Part shown: positions 9,802 through 20,754 of the stretch, piece by piece | Numbering within the stretch: position 1 is the stretch's first letter | Layout of the letters: the number at the start of each line of letters is the position of its first letter | Translations under genes and position numbers: made by a program | Notes under the pieces: model-generated | What the model saw: only the letters and a program-made list of their open reading frames with translations | Databases searched by the model: none | Told to the model about the DNA's origin: nothing | Assembly (NCBI GenBank): GCA_022709525.1 | Contig: JAKLIQ010000008.1 | Span: 18,917-82,916 of the forward strand | Length of the DNA: 64,000 nt | DNA from: Candidatus Omnitrophota bacterium | Lineage (GTDB): Bacteria > Omnitrophota > Omnitrophia > Omnitrophales > Aquincolibacteriaceae | Reading direction: 5' to 3'

Positions 9802-10869
9802 TTAATCCAATTGGAGGATCTTTGGCATATGCTGTTTCATTTTGGTCTCAATATCAAGCAAAGTCTTTTCATAGACGTTCATCCCCATGCCGATGGGGTC
9901 TTCCACATCCAGCGTGATCGTCTTCTGTTTTGAAGAAGCAAGCATCGTTTCGGCCGCTTCTGCGTGCTGCGGGCCCATCGCAAGAATCAACTCCGAACAC
10001 CAAAGATCGCCCTTCCGGAGGGCGCGGCTGCGGAACTTGCTAAGATCGATCTCGCGGTTCCGCATGACATATTCAGCTTCGGAAGTGCACGGCAACCCGT
10101 CATGCGCTTTAGTCCCGCAGGAAATGATTTCGATCTCGGAGCCCAAGCCTTTTTTCTCGATCTCGCGCCGAAGCCATCCTTCAGCCATCGGCGAGCGACA
10201 GGAATTCCCGGTACAGACGATCAAAATACGCTTGCGCGGACATTTCCCGGATTTTATTTTTTCAACGGTCTTTTCGACTTCCGCACCCTGAGCTCCTTTG
10301 CGTAAAAGGACCGGGACTTCGCCGGCCACATCGACGACCGTCGAATCCTGCATCAATTCGGTCTTTCCCCCGTCGATCAAAAGGTCAAAAGAACCGTGCA
10401 GCTGTTCGGCCGCCTGGTGCGCGGTATGAGGCGACATTTTGCCGCTGATATTCGCGCTGGTCGCGATAAAGGGCTCTCCCGTCTCCCGGAATAAAGCTCC
10501 CGCAATCTTGCTGCGCGGAAATCTGATGCCGATCTTGCGCTGATGGAGATCCGGCACGATCAAAGTGACGGGGCCGGGCCAGAATTGACGTGCCATCGCG
10601 CAAACAAGCGGTGCTTTGCTGACCTTGAGCGTATCGAGCATTTCCCAGTCGCCGATATGATAGGAAAACGGTTTTGTATCGGAACGCCCTTTGATCGAAC
10701 GGAGCTTTTTTTCGATCTCCGGGGCATGCATCCGGCCGCCGATCCCGTAAACAGTCTCCGTCGGGAATACCACGACCTTCCCCGACCGGCACGCGGCCAC
10801 CGCCTCTTGAAGGCGGGTCATGTCAGGATCATGGCTATCCAGTTTAATGATTACGGGGGTTGTCATCAC
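9802..10869 (-). CDS. tsaC: Fusion protein: threonylcarbamoyl-AMP synthase (TsaC/YrdC/YwlC domain) plus low-molecular-weight protein phosphatase (YwlE-like)
   Basis: The N-terminal ~200 aa carry the YrdC/Sua5 motif VVVFPTETVYGIGG. The C-terminal ~150 aa carry the LMW-PTP P-loop ILIVCTGNSCRSPMAEGW. The neighbourhood matches B. subtilis ywlC-ywlE-rpiB-glyA. Confidence 0.8.
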   Translation of the reverse strand: MMTTPVIIKLDSHDPDMTRLQEAVAACRSGKVVVFPTETVYGIGGRMHAPEIEKKLRSIKGRSDTKPFSYHIGDWEMLDTLKVSKAPLVCAMARQFWPGPVTLIVPDLHQRKIGIRFPRSKIAGALFRETGEPFIATSANISGKMSPHTAHQAAEQLHGSFDLLIDGGKTELMQDSTVVDVAGEVPVLLRKGAQGAEVEKTVEKIKSGKCPRKRILIVCTGNSCRSPMAEGWLRREIEKKGLGSEIEIISCGTKAHDGLPCTSEAEYVMRNREIDLSKFRSRALRKGDLWCSELILAMGPQHAEAAETMLASSKQKTITLDVEDPIGMGMNVYEKTLLDIETKMKQHMPKILQLD

Positions 10870-10901
10870 GGTAGTTATAAGGTTTTCTTCTGAGTCCGGT
10901 C

Positions 10902-11405
10902 CTATTTGCCCATTTTTTCCTGCAATTTTTTGTTCTTCTCCTGGGAGCTTTCTGCTAAAGAGCTCTTGTATTTTTCAAGTTTCTCGGAAAGCCTCGCATC
11001 GGAAAGGCCCAGGATCTGGACCGCCAGAAGGCCCGCATTGCGCGCGCCCGGTTTTCCGACCGCGACGGTCGCGACCGGCACCCCGGCGGGCATTTGAACC
11101 GTCGCAAGCAACGCGTCAAAACCGCTTAATTGCGTGGCAGCTAACGGCACGCCGATGACCGGTAATGTTGTATTAGCGGCGATCGCCCCGGCTAAATGGG
11201 CGGCCCCTCCCGCTCCGGCAATGATCACCTTCCTGCCTTTTTCTTTGGCTTTCGCGGCAAAATCCGCCACCAGACTCGGCGTTCGATGGGCGGAAAGCAC
11301 TTGCATTTCAAAACTGACGCCAAAATCCTTGAGCACATCCGCGCACTCCTGCATCACTTCCAGGTCTGAATCGCTTCCCATCACGATCGAAACAAGTTCG
11401 TTCAT
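10902..11405 (-). CDS. purE: N5-carboxyaminoimidazole ribonucleotide mutase
   Basis: 167 aa. IVMGSDSDLEVMQECADVLKDFGV...SAHRTP matches PurE. Confidence 0.9.
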   Translation of the reverse strand: MNELVSIVMGSDSDLEVMQECADVLKDFGVSFEMQVLSAHRTPSLVADFAAKAKEKGRKVIIAGAGGAAHLAGAIAANTTLPVIGVPLAATQLSGFDALLATVQMPAGVPVATVAVGKPGARNAGLLAVQILGLSDARLSEKLEKYKSSLAESSQEKNKKLQEKMGK

Positions 11406-12682
11406 TTTAGCACCTCAATGGCTTTTTGACCGATGTCCCGGCGGCAAAAACCGCCTTGAAAGTGGATCTTTGAAATCGCTTGATAGGCGCGTTCATGCGC
11501 CGCCCTGAGATTTTCCCCCAGCGCCGTCACCGCAAGCACCCGCCCGCCGGAAGCTACGATCTGTTTTTGTTCATTGAATGAAGTCCCCGCGTGAAAGACC
11601 ACCACATCCGGCTGATTCCTGACCGATTCAAGGCCATGGATCGGAAAACCTTTTTCGTAAGCTCCCGGATAACCGCCGGATGCCATCACGACCGTGATGC
11701 ATGCCTTCTCATGCCATTTCAACGCTTCGACCTCAAGACGTCCACCGGCGATCTGGACCATGACCGGAAGAAGGTCGGATTTCAAGCGTGGCAGAATGAC
11801 TTCTGTTTCGGGATCCCCGAAGCGGCAATTGTATTCGAGAACAAAAGGCCCGTCTTTCGTCATCATCAAACCGGCATAGAGCACGCCCCGGTAAGGGATC
11901 CCTTCTTTGGCAAGTCCGTCGATGATCGGCCGGATCGCGATATTGATGATACCGCCAATTTCGTTTTCCGGGATCTTCATGCTCGGTGAAAAAGCCCCCA
12001 TCCCTCCGGTATTCGGACCCTGATCATGATCATAAGCGCGTTTATGATCCCGGGCGCTGGCAAGCGGGATGATCTTCTTTCCGTCCGTCAGCACAAGAAC
12101 TGAAAGCTCCTCGCCTTCGAGTTTTTTCTCGATCACGACCTTCGCGCCGGCATCGCCAAAAACTTTTTCTTCCATCATCTGCGTGAGCGTCGCTACCGCC
12201 TGCTCCGAACTATCACAGATCACGACGCCCTTGCCGGCCGCAAGCCCGTCCGCCTTGATCACCGCCGGCATTTCAGCTTCGATCGCGTAATGCTTGGCTT
12301 CTTTGACGTTCGTGAACACTTCATAGGGGGCCGTCGGAACACCGAATTTTGTCATCATTTCTTTGGAAAAGGCCTTGCTGCCCTCCAGAAGGGCGGCGTC
12401 GCCGGAGGGGCCGAATACTTTAAGACCTCTTTCACGGAACTGATCCGAGATCCCGGCGACAAGCGGCGCCTCGGGACCGACGACCGTCAGGTCGATCTTT
12501 TCTTTGAGCGCGAATTCCAAAAGCCCCCGGACGTTGTCAGGCGCTATCGAAACGCATTCCGCGTGCTGGGCGATCCCGGCATTGCCGGGCGCCGCGTAAA
12601 GTTTGGTAAGCATGGGGCTTTCGGCGATCTTCCAGGCGAGCGCGTGTTCCCTTCCGCCGGAACCGATCAAAAGAACCTTCAT
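11402..12682 (-). CDS. purD: Phosphoribosylamine-glycine ligase
   Basis: 426 aa. MKVLLIGSGGREHALAWKIAESP with an ATP-grasp fold. Confidence 0.9.
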   Translation of the reverse strand: MKVLLIGSGGREHALAWKIAESPMLTKLYAAPGNAGIAQHAECVSIAPDNVRGLLEFALKEKIDLTVVGPEAPLVAGISDQFRERGLKVFGPSGDAALLEGSKAFSKEMMTKFGVPTAPYEVFTNVKEAKHYAIEAEMPAVIKADGLAAGKGVVICDSSEQAVATLTQMMEEKVFGDAGAKVVIEKKLEGEELSVLVLTDGKKIIPLASARDHKRAYDHDQGPNTGGMGAFSPSMKIPENEIGGIINIAIRPIIDGLAKEGIPYRGVLYAGLMMTKDGPFVLEYNCRFGDPETEVILPRLKSDLLPVMVQIAGGRLEVEALKWHEKACITVVMASGGYPGAYEKGFPIHGLESVRNQPDVVVFHAGTSFNEQKQIVASGGRVLAVTALGENLRAAHERAYQAISKIHFQGGFCRRDIGQKAIEVLK

Positions 12683-13698
12683 AAGACCGTTATCCCTCTT
12701 TGTTTTACGATCTTTCCGATGATCCAGGAATTTAATTTAAAACCTCTAAGGAGCTTTTGAGCGGCAGCAGCATAACGCTTCTCGAGGATTAATGCCATCC
12801 CGACACCCATATTGAACGTTTTATACATTTCGTGGCTTGAAATACTCCCGGCTTTCTGCGCGACGCGAAAGATCTTGGGAACTTCCCAAGAGGCGTTGTT
12901 GATCCTGGCGCCAAGCCCCGAGGGAATAACGCGCGGCAAGTTGTCATAGAAACCGCCGCCTGTGATATTGATGATACCTTTGAGCGGTAATTTTTTCAGG
13001 AGCGCGAGTACGGGTTTGACATAGATGATCGTGGGCGTCAAAAGCTTGCACCCGATCGATCCCTGAAGCTCTCTTTCTGTGAAAATCTTCCGGAGAAGCG
13101 AATAGCCGTTGGAATGAAAACCTGAGGACTGGATCCCGAGAAGAACATCCCCGGCTTTTATTTTTTGACCTGTTACCACTTTTCTCCGGGCTACCGCGCC
13201 GACTGAAAAGCCGGCGATATCATATTGGGCCGCGAGTTTCTTTTTCCGGTCAGAATAAAATCCAGGCATGATCGCCGTCTCGCCGCCCACAAGCGCGCAT
13301 CCGGCCTGCCGGCATCCTTCGGTGACGCCTCTGAGGACTTCACCAATCACATTTGTTTCGAATTTCCCCGCGGCATAGTAATCAAGAAAAAAAAGCGGTC
13401 GCGCGCCTGAAGTGATAAGGTCGTTGACACACATCGCCACGAGATCGATCCCGATCGTATCATGCTTCCGGAGAAGCCGCGCGAGCTCGAGCTTTGTTCC
13501 CACGCCGTCGGTCGAGGCAACAAGCAGCGGGTCCTTGATCCCTGTCTTCGACAGATCGAAGAGGGACGCGAAACCGAGCGTGCTGCCGCAAACTCCCGGA
13601 ACATGGGTCGAGCGGATCAAGCCTGCGATCTTCCGGTTATACGCAGGATCACCTTTAAGGTGCGGCACCCCGGCTTTTTCATAGGTCCAAGCGCTCAT
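12679..13698 (-). CDS. purM: Phosphoribosylformylglycinamidine cyclo-ligase (AIR synthase)
   Basis: 339 aa with AIRS N- and C-domains. Its position in the pur operon is consistent. Confidence 0.9.
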   Translation of the reverse strand: MSAWTYEKAGVPHLKGDPAYNRKIAGLIRSTHVPGVCGSTLGFASLFDLSKTGIKDPLLVASTDGVGTKLELARLLRKHDTIGIDLVAMCVNDLITSGARPLFFLDYYAAGKFETNVIGEVLRGVTEGCRQAGCALVGGETAIMPGFYSDRKKKLAAQYDIAGFSVGAVARRKVVTGQKIKAGDVLLGIQSSGFHSNGYSLLRKIFTERELQGSIGCKLLTPTIIYVKPVLALLKKLPLKGIINITGGGFYDNLPRVIPSGLGARINNASWEVPKIFRVAQKAGSISSHEMYKTFNMGVGMALILEKRYAAAAQKLLRGFKLNSWIIGKIVKQRGITVL

Positions 13699-15116
13699 AG
13701 TCTGCAGCTGTTCCTTTTGTGCTCGAGTTTATATTTGTCGTCCGCATCGTAGATCTTGGTCGGGTATTTTCCCGTATAGCACGCGGCGCAAAAATCCTTC
13801 GGATCTTGTGTGGTCGCGCCAAGCATCCCTTCCAAACTTAGATAGCCCAGCGTATCCACATTCAGGAACTTCTTGATATCTTCCATGCTGTTATTCGCGG
13901 CCAAGAGCTCTTTGGTGGACGGAAAATCGATCCCGTAAAAACAGGGTGAGATATGCGGAGGTCCGCTGATCCGCATATGGACCTCTTTAGCTCCGGCGCT
14001 TCTTAAAAGTTTAACACGGCTTCTGGCGGTATTTCCGCGAACGATCGAATCATCCACCACGATCACGCGCTTGCCTTGCACGACCTGCCGGATCGGGTTC
14101 AACTTGATCTTCACTTTGAGCGAACGGCCTGCTTCGGTGGGACTGATAAAGGTTCGGCCGATGTAGTGATTGCGAACAAATCCATGCGAAAGCGGGATCC
14201 CTGACTCGCGCGAATACCCCAGAGCCGCGAAACTCCCGGAATCCGGGACCGGGATCACGATATCCGCCTCAACAGGATGCTCTTTGGCGAGTTGCCGCCC
14301 CAATCTTTCGCGCACAAGCCCCACACTGTCATGGAAGATAGTGGAATCCGGACGCGCAAAATAGACATGTTCAAAGATGCACTGCGCTTTCGCGATCTTT
14401 TCATCCTTGAAAGGAAAATGGCTGCGCAACCCGGTATGATCGATCACAATGATCTCGCCGGGCTCGATCTCGCGCACAAATTCCGCTTCGATAAGATCAA
14501 AAGCGCAGGTTTCGGAAGCCAGCACGTAGCTATTGCCCAATTTCCCGAGGCAAAGGGGCCGGAAGCCGTGGGGATCGCGAACTCCGAACAGATGATCCTC
14601 GGTCAGAAGCACCAAACTGAATGCGCCTTTCGCGCGTTTCGTCGCCTCCACCACTCCTTCCTCATGAGAACGATAAGAGGGCTTCGCGATCATATGAACA
14701 AAAACCTCGGAATCGATCGTACTTCCGAAGATCGAACCGTAGGCCTCGAGCTCGGCGCGCAGGATCTGGGCATTGACGAGATTGCCATTATGCGCGATCG
14801 CGATCTGGCCGCGCGAGTAGTCCACTTTGTAGGGTTGGGCATTTAAAAGCGTTGAGGACCCCGTCGTGGAGTAGCGCACATGCCCGATAGCGCTTTTTCC
14901 CGGCAATTGCGAGAAAGACGCCTCATCGAAAGCCTCTCCAACCAGCCCCGTTTTTTTCACAAGGTAAAGATCGGAACTGTCGCTGGAACAAATGCCGGCC
15001 GCTTCTTCGCCGCGGTGCTGCAGCGCAAAAAGTCCGAGCTGGGTAATGCGCGCCGCTTGAGGATGATTGTAGATGCCGAAAATGCCGCAATGATGTTTGA
15101 TATTTTCGCCGCCCAT
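13695..15116 (-). CDS. purF: Amidophosphoribosyltransferase
   Basis: After a short propeptide comes the CGIFGIY N-terminal nucleophile cysteine. The ATG at 15114-15116 overlaps the purL stop (TAATG). The track ORF is over-extended. Confidence 0.9.
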   Translation of the reverse strand: MGGENIKHHCGIFGIYNHPQAARITQLGLFALQHRGEEAAGICSSDSSDLYLVKKTGLVGEAFDEASFSQLPGKSAIGHVRYSTTGSSTLLNAQPYKVDYSRGQIAIAHNGNLVNAQILRAELEAYGSIFGSTIDSEVFVHMIAKPSYRSHEEGVVEATKRAKGAFSLVLLTEDHLFGVRDPHGFRPLCLGKLGNSYVLASETCAFDLIEAEFVREIEPGEIIVIDHTGLRSHFPFKDEKIAKAQCIFEHVYFARPDSTIFHDSVGLVRERLGRQLAKEHPVEADIVIPVPDSGSFAALGYSRESGIPLSHGFVRNHYIGRTFISPTEAGRSLKVKIKLNPIRQVVQGKRVIVVDDSIVRGNTARSRVKLLRSAGAKEVHMRISGPPHISPCFYGIDFPSTKELLAANNSMEDIKKFLNVDTLGYLSLEGMLGATTQDPKDFCAACYTGKYPTKIYDADDKYKLEHKRNSCRL

Positions 15117-17383
15117 TATTTGCGCTCCATAACGTTGGGGATCGTACGATCGAAAAGATTCGCTGCATCCCACACCAACAACCGGACCCGGTCCTCCAGA
15201 ATGAGCGTATCCCCGCCCACCTTGCCGATCTCAAACAGTGTGGTCCCCTGTTTCTGCGCTAAATTCCTGACGTCCTTGCAATGCTCGGGTTTTACTGAAA
15301 TGATCGCGCGCGATTGGCTTTCTCCGAAGTAAAGCGCGTCGTCGCGAAGGCCTTTTTGACTTTTCCGGATACCCTCAAGGTCCGTGATCGTAGCGCCGAG
15401 GCCCTCTTCGCTTTTAATGCAACATTCCGCTAAAGCGACCGCGAGCCCGCCCTCGGAAAGATCGTGACAGGAAGCGAGCTTCCTTGTGTCGGCCGCGGCA
15501 AGAATGAACTGCTGAAGCGATCCTTCGCGCTTAAGATCAAGGCGCGGCGGCAATCCTTGTTTTAATCCATGCTCAAGCATCAGATAATGGCTCCCGCCCA
15601 ATTCATTGAAGGTCTCGCCCGCCAGAAAGACAATGTCGCCTTCATTTTGAAAAGCCGACGGAACCCGTTTTTCGATATTATCCAAAAGGCCGACCATGCC
15701 GATCGTGGGCGTCGGATAAATGGCGCCTTGGGGGCTTTCGTTGTAGAAACTGACGTTGCCGCCCGTGACCGGGGTCTCAAGCGCCGTACAGGATTCGATC
15801 ATGCCGGCAACGGCCTGGTGGAACTGCCAGAAGATCTCCGGCTTCATCGGATTCCCGAAATTAAGACAATTGGTCACCCCGATCGGTTTGGCGCCGGAGC
15901 ATACGACGTTCCGCGCGGCTTCCGCCACCGCGATCTTTCCGCCTTCGAACGGATCGAGATAAACATAGAGACTGTTGCAATCGGTCGCGACCGCAATGCC
16001 TTTTTGCGTCCCCTTGATGCGGATCAATGCGGCGTCATGACCGGGATAGAAAACCGTATCGGTGCGGACCATATGATCGTATTGCTGCCAGACCCAAGCT
16101 TTGGAGGCGATCGACGGATGAGATAACAGGCGTTTGAGCGTGAGATTAAAATCCTTCGGCTCGTAAATCGAGCGAAGATCGAGTTGCTGCGCTTTTTCTA
16201 AATAGGCGGGTTTTTCTTCTTCGCGCGTATAGACCGGCCCTTCGTCGGCCAAAGCTTTAGCGGGGATCTCTGCGGCTAACTTTCCGGCGTCAAGGACCCG
16301 GTATTTGTTCCCCGGGGTGACTTCGCCGATCTTGACGGCATGAAGGTCCCATTTTTCAAAAATAGCCTCGACTTCTTTTTCTTTACCCTTCTTGACGATC
16401 ACGAGCATGCGTTCCTGCGATTCGGAAAGGAGGATTTCATACGGGATCATACCGGTTTCGCGACGCGGGACTCTTGCCAGGTCGATCTCGACGCCTGTGC
16501 TTGCGCGTGAGGCGGTCTCACAACCCGCGCAGGTCAATCCGGCAGCGCCCATATCCTGCATCCCCACAAGCGCGTCGGTCTTCAAAAGTTCAAGGCACGC
16601 TTCCATCAGAAGTTTTTCCATAAAAGGATCGCCCACTTGCACGGCCGGCCGGTCTTCATGACTTTGCTCGGAAAGCTCCTTGGACGCGAAGGCCGCCCCG
16701 CCTAACCCGTCACGGCCCGTCGTCGCGCCGACATAGTAGACCGGATTGCCGATCCCGTGCGCTGCGCCGCGGACGATCTCGTCTTTTTTAATGATGCCAA
16801 GCGCCATGGCATTGACGAGCGGATTGCCTTCGTAAGAACCGTCAAAATAGATGTCGCCTCCGACAGTCGGGATCCCCATGCAATTTCCGTAGTGCGCGAT
16901 ACCCGCCACCACGCCGCGGAAAAGACGCTGGCTCACAGGCTGCGCGAGATCCCCGAAACGAAGCGAATTCATCAGGAGAATAGGGCGTGCGCCCATCGTA
17001 AAAATATCACGCAGGATCCCCCCAACACCTGTTGCCGCGCCCTGGAAAGGTTCGATCGCTGAAGGATGATTGTGGCTTTCGATCTTGAAACACACGGCAT
17101 AACCGTCACCGATATCGACAATGCCGGCGTTCTCCTGGCCGGGTTTGACCAAAAGGTTTTCCTGATGCGGCAACGCCGCGTTCATCTTGGAGAAGAGCTT
17201 CAGGATGGGCTTGGAATTCTTATAGGAGCAGTGCTCGCTCCACATCACGCTGAACATCCCGAGCTCCGTGATGTTGGGCTCGTGTCCAAGGATATCCTTG
17301 ATGCGTTGATATTCTTCTGGCGTGATCCCGTGCGCCACGATCAGTTCCGGAGTGATAGGCGTGGTTGAATCCAGTGCCGGCAT
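15116..17383 (-). CDS. purL: Phosphoribosylformylglycinamidine synthase subunit PurL
   Basis: 755 aa with two AIRS-like repeats. Sits between purQ and purF. Confidence 0.9.
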   Translation of the reverse strand: MPALDSTTPITPELIVAHGITPEEYQRIKDILGHEPNITELGMFSVMWSEHCSYKNSKPILKLFSKMNAALPHQENLLVKPGQENAGIVDIGDGYAVCFKIESHNHPSAIEPFQGAATGVGGILRDIFTMGARPILLMNSLRFGDLAQPVSQRLFRGVVAGIAHYGNCMGIPTVGGDIYFDGSYEGNPLVNAMALGIIKKDEIVRGAAHGIGNPVYYVGATTGRDGLGGAAFASKELSEQSHEDRPAVQVGDPFMEKLLMEACLELLKTDALVGMQDMGAAGLTCAGCETASRASTGVEIDLARVPRRETGMIPYEILLSESQERMLVIVKKGKEKEVEAIFEKWDLHAVKIGEVTPGNKYRVLDAGKLAAEIPAKALADEGPVYTREEEKPAYLEKAQQLDLRSIYEPKDFNLTLKRLLSHPSIASKAWVWQQYDHMVRTDTVFYPGHDAALIRIKGTQKGIAVATDCNSLYVYLDPFEGGKIAVAEAARNVVCSGAKPIGVTNCLNFGNPMKPEIFWQFHQAVAGMIESCTALETPVTGGNVSFYNESPQGAIYPTPTIGMVGLLDNIEKRVPSAFQNEGDIVFLAGETFNELGGSHYLMLEHGLKQGLPPRLDLKREGSLQQFILAAADTRKLASCHDLSEGGLAVALAECCIKSEEGLGATITDLEGIRKSQKGLRDDALYFGESQSRAIISVKPEHCKDVRNLAQKQGTTLFEIGKVGGDTLILEDRVRLLVWDAANLFDRTIPNVMERK

Positions 17384-17386
17384 AAT

Positions 17387-18076
17387 TTATTCCAGTGCGG
17401 TTAAGATGCTTTCGAAGATCTTGCGCCCGTCCGAAGAGCCAAGAATATCTTCGCTGGAACGCTCCGGATGGGGCATCATCCCGAGAACGTTCTTCTTTTT
17501 ATTGACGATACCGGCGATATGGTCGCGCGACCCGTTCGGATTGAATTCCTCGCCGAGCTTTCCCTCTTCGGAGGAATAACGGAAAACGACCTGCGAATTA
17601 TCATGAAGGGATTTAAGCGTATCGTCATCACAGTAATAATTTCCTTCACCGTGAGCGATCGGAACACAAAGCGTCTCGCCCGGCTCCATTTGCCCGGTAA
17701 AGATCGTAAGATTCTCTTCCGTGCGGATCCAGGTGTGTTTGCAAATGAATTCGAGGGTTTTGTTCCGGAGCATCGCGCCCGGCAGGAGCCCCGACTCAAG
17801 AAGGATTTGAAAACCGTTACAGATCCCGATCACGGCGCGGCCGTCATTAGCATGTTTGATCACGGATTCCATCACCGGAGAAAAACGGGCGATGGCTCCG
17901 GTACGAAGATAATCACCGTAGCTGAAGCCGCCGGGAATGACCACAAGATCCACTTTGGGAAGGTCCTGACTTTTATGCCAGACATATTCGACTGGCACTT
18001 TGACCACATCGCGAAGCGCATGGAAACAATCCGTATCGCAGTTGGAACCCGGAAAAACAATGACCGCGGCTTTCAT
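17387..18076 (-). CDS. purQ: Phosphoribosylformylglycinamidine synthase glutaminase subunit PurQ
   Basis: 229 aa class-I glutamine amidotransferase with the GICNGFQ catalytic Cys motif. Confidence 0.9.
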   Translation of the reverse strand: MKAAVIVFPGSNCDTDCFHALRDVVKVPVEYVWHKSQDLPKVDLVVIPGGFSYGDYLRTGAIARFSPVMESVIKHANDGRAVIGICNGFQILLESGLLPGAMLRNKTLEFICKHTWIRTEENLTIFTGQMEPGETLCVPIAHGEGNYYCDDDTLKSLHDNSQVVFRYSSEEGKLGEEFNPNGSRDHIAGIVNKKKNVLGMMPHPERSSEDILGSSDGRKIFESILTALE

Positions 18077-18154
18077 GACCTTAATACCTCGGAAAGCGGA
18101 AAACAGCGCTTTAGAACCTGAACGGCTTCGGACTGTCCGCTTGATGCTTTAAAG

Positions 18155-18412
18155 TTAGGATGGCGATTCTTGGATCTCAAACGAATACTCTTCGATGACC
18201 GGATTATGGAGCAGCTTGTCGCACATGGCGTGAATGCTCGCTTCCGCCTTCTTGCGATCCGCCGCTTCAAGCGCCAGCTCGAAGTATTTTCCGATCCTCA
18301 ATCCTTTAGCTTCTTTAAATCCCAAGGATTCGAGAGCGTGGAGCGTTGTTTGACCCTGAGGATCGAGAACTGACTTTTTTAAACTGGTATGAATACGAGC
18401 TTTAAACATCAT
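18155..18412 (-). CDS. purS: FGAM synthase subunit PurS
   Basis: 85-aa ORF between purC and purQ. Size and position fit PurS. Confidence 0.8.
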   Translation of the reverse strand: MMFKARIHTSLKKSVLDPQGQTTLHALESLGFKEAKGLRIGKYFELALEAADRKKAEASIHAMCDKLLHNPVIEEYSFEIQESPS

Positions 18413-18472
18413 ACTGATTAACCTCTCTTGTTAATTAAAATTGTCCCGCCTCAGGCGGTGGCATACTTGCTC

Positions 18473-19399
18473 CTACTTCTGGTTTTGAACGTCTTTTCCG
18501 GAAAGACGTTTATAGATCTCGCAATAAGCCGCCGTGGTCTTTTCAATGATGTCGGCGGGCAGCTCCGGTGCGGGCGGACGCTTGTTCCATCCGAGCGTCT
18601 CGAGATAATTGCGCACGATCTGCTTGTCGAAACTCGGCTGATCGTGACCCGTCTCATAACGGTCGGCCGGCCAGAAACGAGAGCTATCCGGCGTCAAAAT
18701 CTCATCGATCAGCATGAGTTTTCCGTCATGGATCCCGAATTCGAATTTCGTATCAGCGATAATGATGCCTTTTTTCGCCGCGTACTCCTGTCCTTTTTTA
18801 TAAAGCAGGATCGAAAGCTCTTTCGCCTGCTGGGCGATGTCCTTGCCGACAATGCGGATTGCTTCGCTGAAATCGATATTAATGTCATGACCCGTTTTGG
18901 CCTTGGTTGACGGCGTAAAGATCGGCTCCGGGAATTTCTGGCACTGTTCCATCCCTGAAGGGAGTTTATGGCCGCACACAGCTCCGGTCGTGAGATAATC
19001 TTTCCATCCGGAACCGGTGATATAGCCGCGCACGACGCATTCGATCGCAAGAGGTTCCGCTTTTTTGACAAGGACCGAACGGCCGGCGAGTTCGTGGCGA
19101 TAACGGTTAAGCACCTCTTTAGGAAGACCCATCGCGTCCACATCGGAAGTGATCAAATGTTGCGGCAGGAGGTCCTTGAAATGTTCGAGCCAGAAAAGCG
19201 TGATCTGATTGAGCACTTTCCCCTTCATCGGGATCGGATTCGGCAACACTACGTCAAAAGCGCTTAAGCGGTCCGTCGTTACGATCAGAAGCTTATCGCT
19301 TCCGACGCCGTAGATATCCCGCACTTTCCCGACCGCCACGCGAGGCAACGGTAAACGGGTTTCCAAAAGGGCTTCGGTTTTTTCAAGATCGCTGACCAT
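18473..19399 (-). CDS. purC: SAICAR synthetase (long form)
   Basis: 308 aa with SAICAR synthetase motifs and pur operon context. Confidence 0.85.
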   Translation of the reverse strand: MVSDLEKTEALLETRLPLPRVAVGKVRDIYGVGSDKLLIVTTDRLSAFDVVLPNPIPMKGKVLNQITLFWLEHFKDLLPQHLITSDVDAMGLPKEVLNRYRHELAGRSVLVKKAEPLAIECVVRGYITGSGWKDYLTTGAVCGHKLPSGMEQCQKFPEPIFTPSTKAKTGHDINIDFSEAIRIVGKDIAQQAKELSILLYKKGQEYAAKKGIIIADTKFEFGIHDGKLMLIDEILTPDSSRFWPADRYETGHDQPSFDKQIVRNYLETLGWNKRPPAPELPADIIEKTTAAYCEIYKRLSGKDVQNQK

Positions 19400-19411
19400 A
19401 TTTTTCTCGCC

Positions 19412-20722
19412 TCATTTTGAACGTGAAAGGATCCCCGCGCGTTTTAAAATAATGGGGACATTTTTCAAATGCCTGTCATAGCTGAACACCGCCCGGATCT
19501 CCTTGGGGGTCAATATCTTCAAGATTTTCGGATCCTTTAAAACCACTTGTTCGAGATAAAGATTCTCATTTTCCCACAACTTTTTGGCGGCATCCTGCAC
19601 AAGTTTGTAACCTTCTTCGCGCGTAAGGCCTTTTTCAACAAGCTTCAGCAAAAGACCTTGCGAAAAGACCATGCCCCGGCTTGATTCGAGATTCTTGAGC
19701 ATCCGGTCTTTGTTGACCACGAGGTTTTCGATCACGTTCTGCATGAGCCCGAGCATATAATCAAGAAGGATCGTACTGTCGGGGAAAATGACGCGTTCGA
19801 CGGAAGAATGCGTGATATCCCGTTCATGCCAGAGTGCGATATTCTCAAAACCCGCCAAGGCGTTCCCGCGGAGGATCCGCGCAAGACCCGCGATGCGTTC
19901 GCAGGTGATCGGGTTACGCTTATGCGGCATCGCGGAAGATCCTTTTTGCCCTTTGGAGAAAAATTCCTGAACTTCGAAAGTTTCCGTTCTCTGTAGGCCG
20001 CGGATCTCCGTCGCAAGCTGCTCCAGGGATCCGCCGATAATGGCCAGCGCCCCGAGATATTCGGCGTGACGGTCACGTTGAAGGATCTGCGTTGAGACCG
20101 GCGCCGGGTTCAGCCCGAGTTTTTTACAAACAAATTCTTCGACCTTGGGATCCACATTCGCGAAAGTTCCGACCGCGCCCGAGATCTTCCCGTAGCGAAG
20201 ATTTTCTTTTGCGGCCTCAAGGCGCTGAAGGCCGCGCTTGAAGGCTTCGTGAAAAAGCGCCATTTTAAGACCGAACGTGATCGGTTCGGCGTGGACGCCG
20301 TGAGAACGGCCGACCATGAGCGTGTTGGCGTGCTTTTTGGCTTGTTGGGCTAGCAGCGTGATAAGTTTTTTAAGTTCGCGGATCAGGATATCCGAAGCTT
20401 CCTGAACCTGAAGCGAAAGACCAGTATCGAGAATATCGGAAGAGGTCAACCCGAAATGGACATACCGGCCGACGGGGCCGACGTGTTCGGCGACATTGGT
20501 AAGGAAGGCGATCACGTCGTGGTTGACGGTTTTCTCAATTTCTTTAACGCGTTCAACATTGAACTTTGCGCGAGCGCGAACCTTGGCGGGAACATCTTTG
20601 GGAATATAGCCGCAATGGGCAAGTCCTTCAAGGGCCGCCAGCTCTACTTCCAGCCACTTTTGGAGCTTGTTCTCTTCAGTCCAGATCTTCGCCATTTCCT
20701 GGCGCGCGTAACGAGAGATCAT
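19412..20722 (-). CDS. purB: Adenylosuccinate lyase
   Basis: 436 aa with fumarate-lyase family signature GSSAMPHKRNP. It is the first gene of the pur operon. Confidence 0.9.
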   Translation of the reverse strand: MISRYARQEMAKIWTEENKLQKWLEVELAALEGLAHCGYIPKDVPAKVRARAKFNVERVKEIEKTVNHDVIAFLTNVAEHVGPVGRYVHFGLTSSDILDTGLSLQVQEASDILIRELKKLITLLAQQAKKHANTLMVGRSHGVHAEPITFGLKMALFHEAFKRGLQRLEAAKENLRYGKISGAVGTFANVDPKVEEFVCKKLGLNPAPVSTQILQRDRHAEYLGALAIIGGSLEQLATEIRGLQRTETFEVQEFFSKGQKGSSAMPHKRNPITCERIAGLARILRGNALAGFENIALWHERDITHSSVERVIFPDSTILLDYMLGLMQNVIENLVVNKDRMLKNLESSRGMVFSQGLLLKLVEKGLTREEGYKLVQDAAKKLWENENLYLEQVVLKDPKILKILTPKEIRAVFSYDRHLKNVPIILKRAGILSRSK

Positions 20723-20754
20723 TTTCTGCCTGCCTTTTTATCACTTACAACCAG

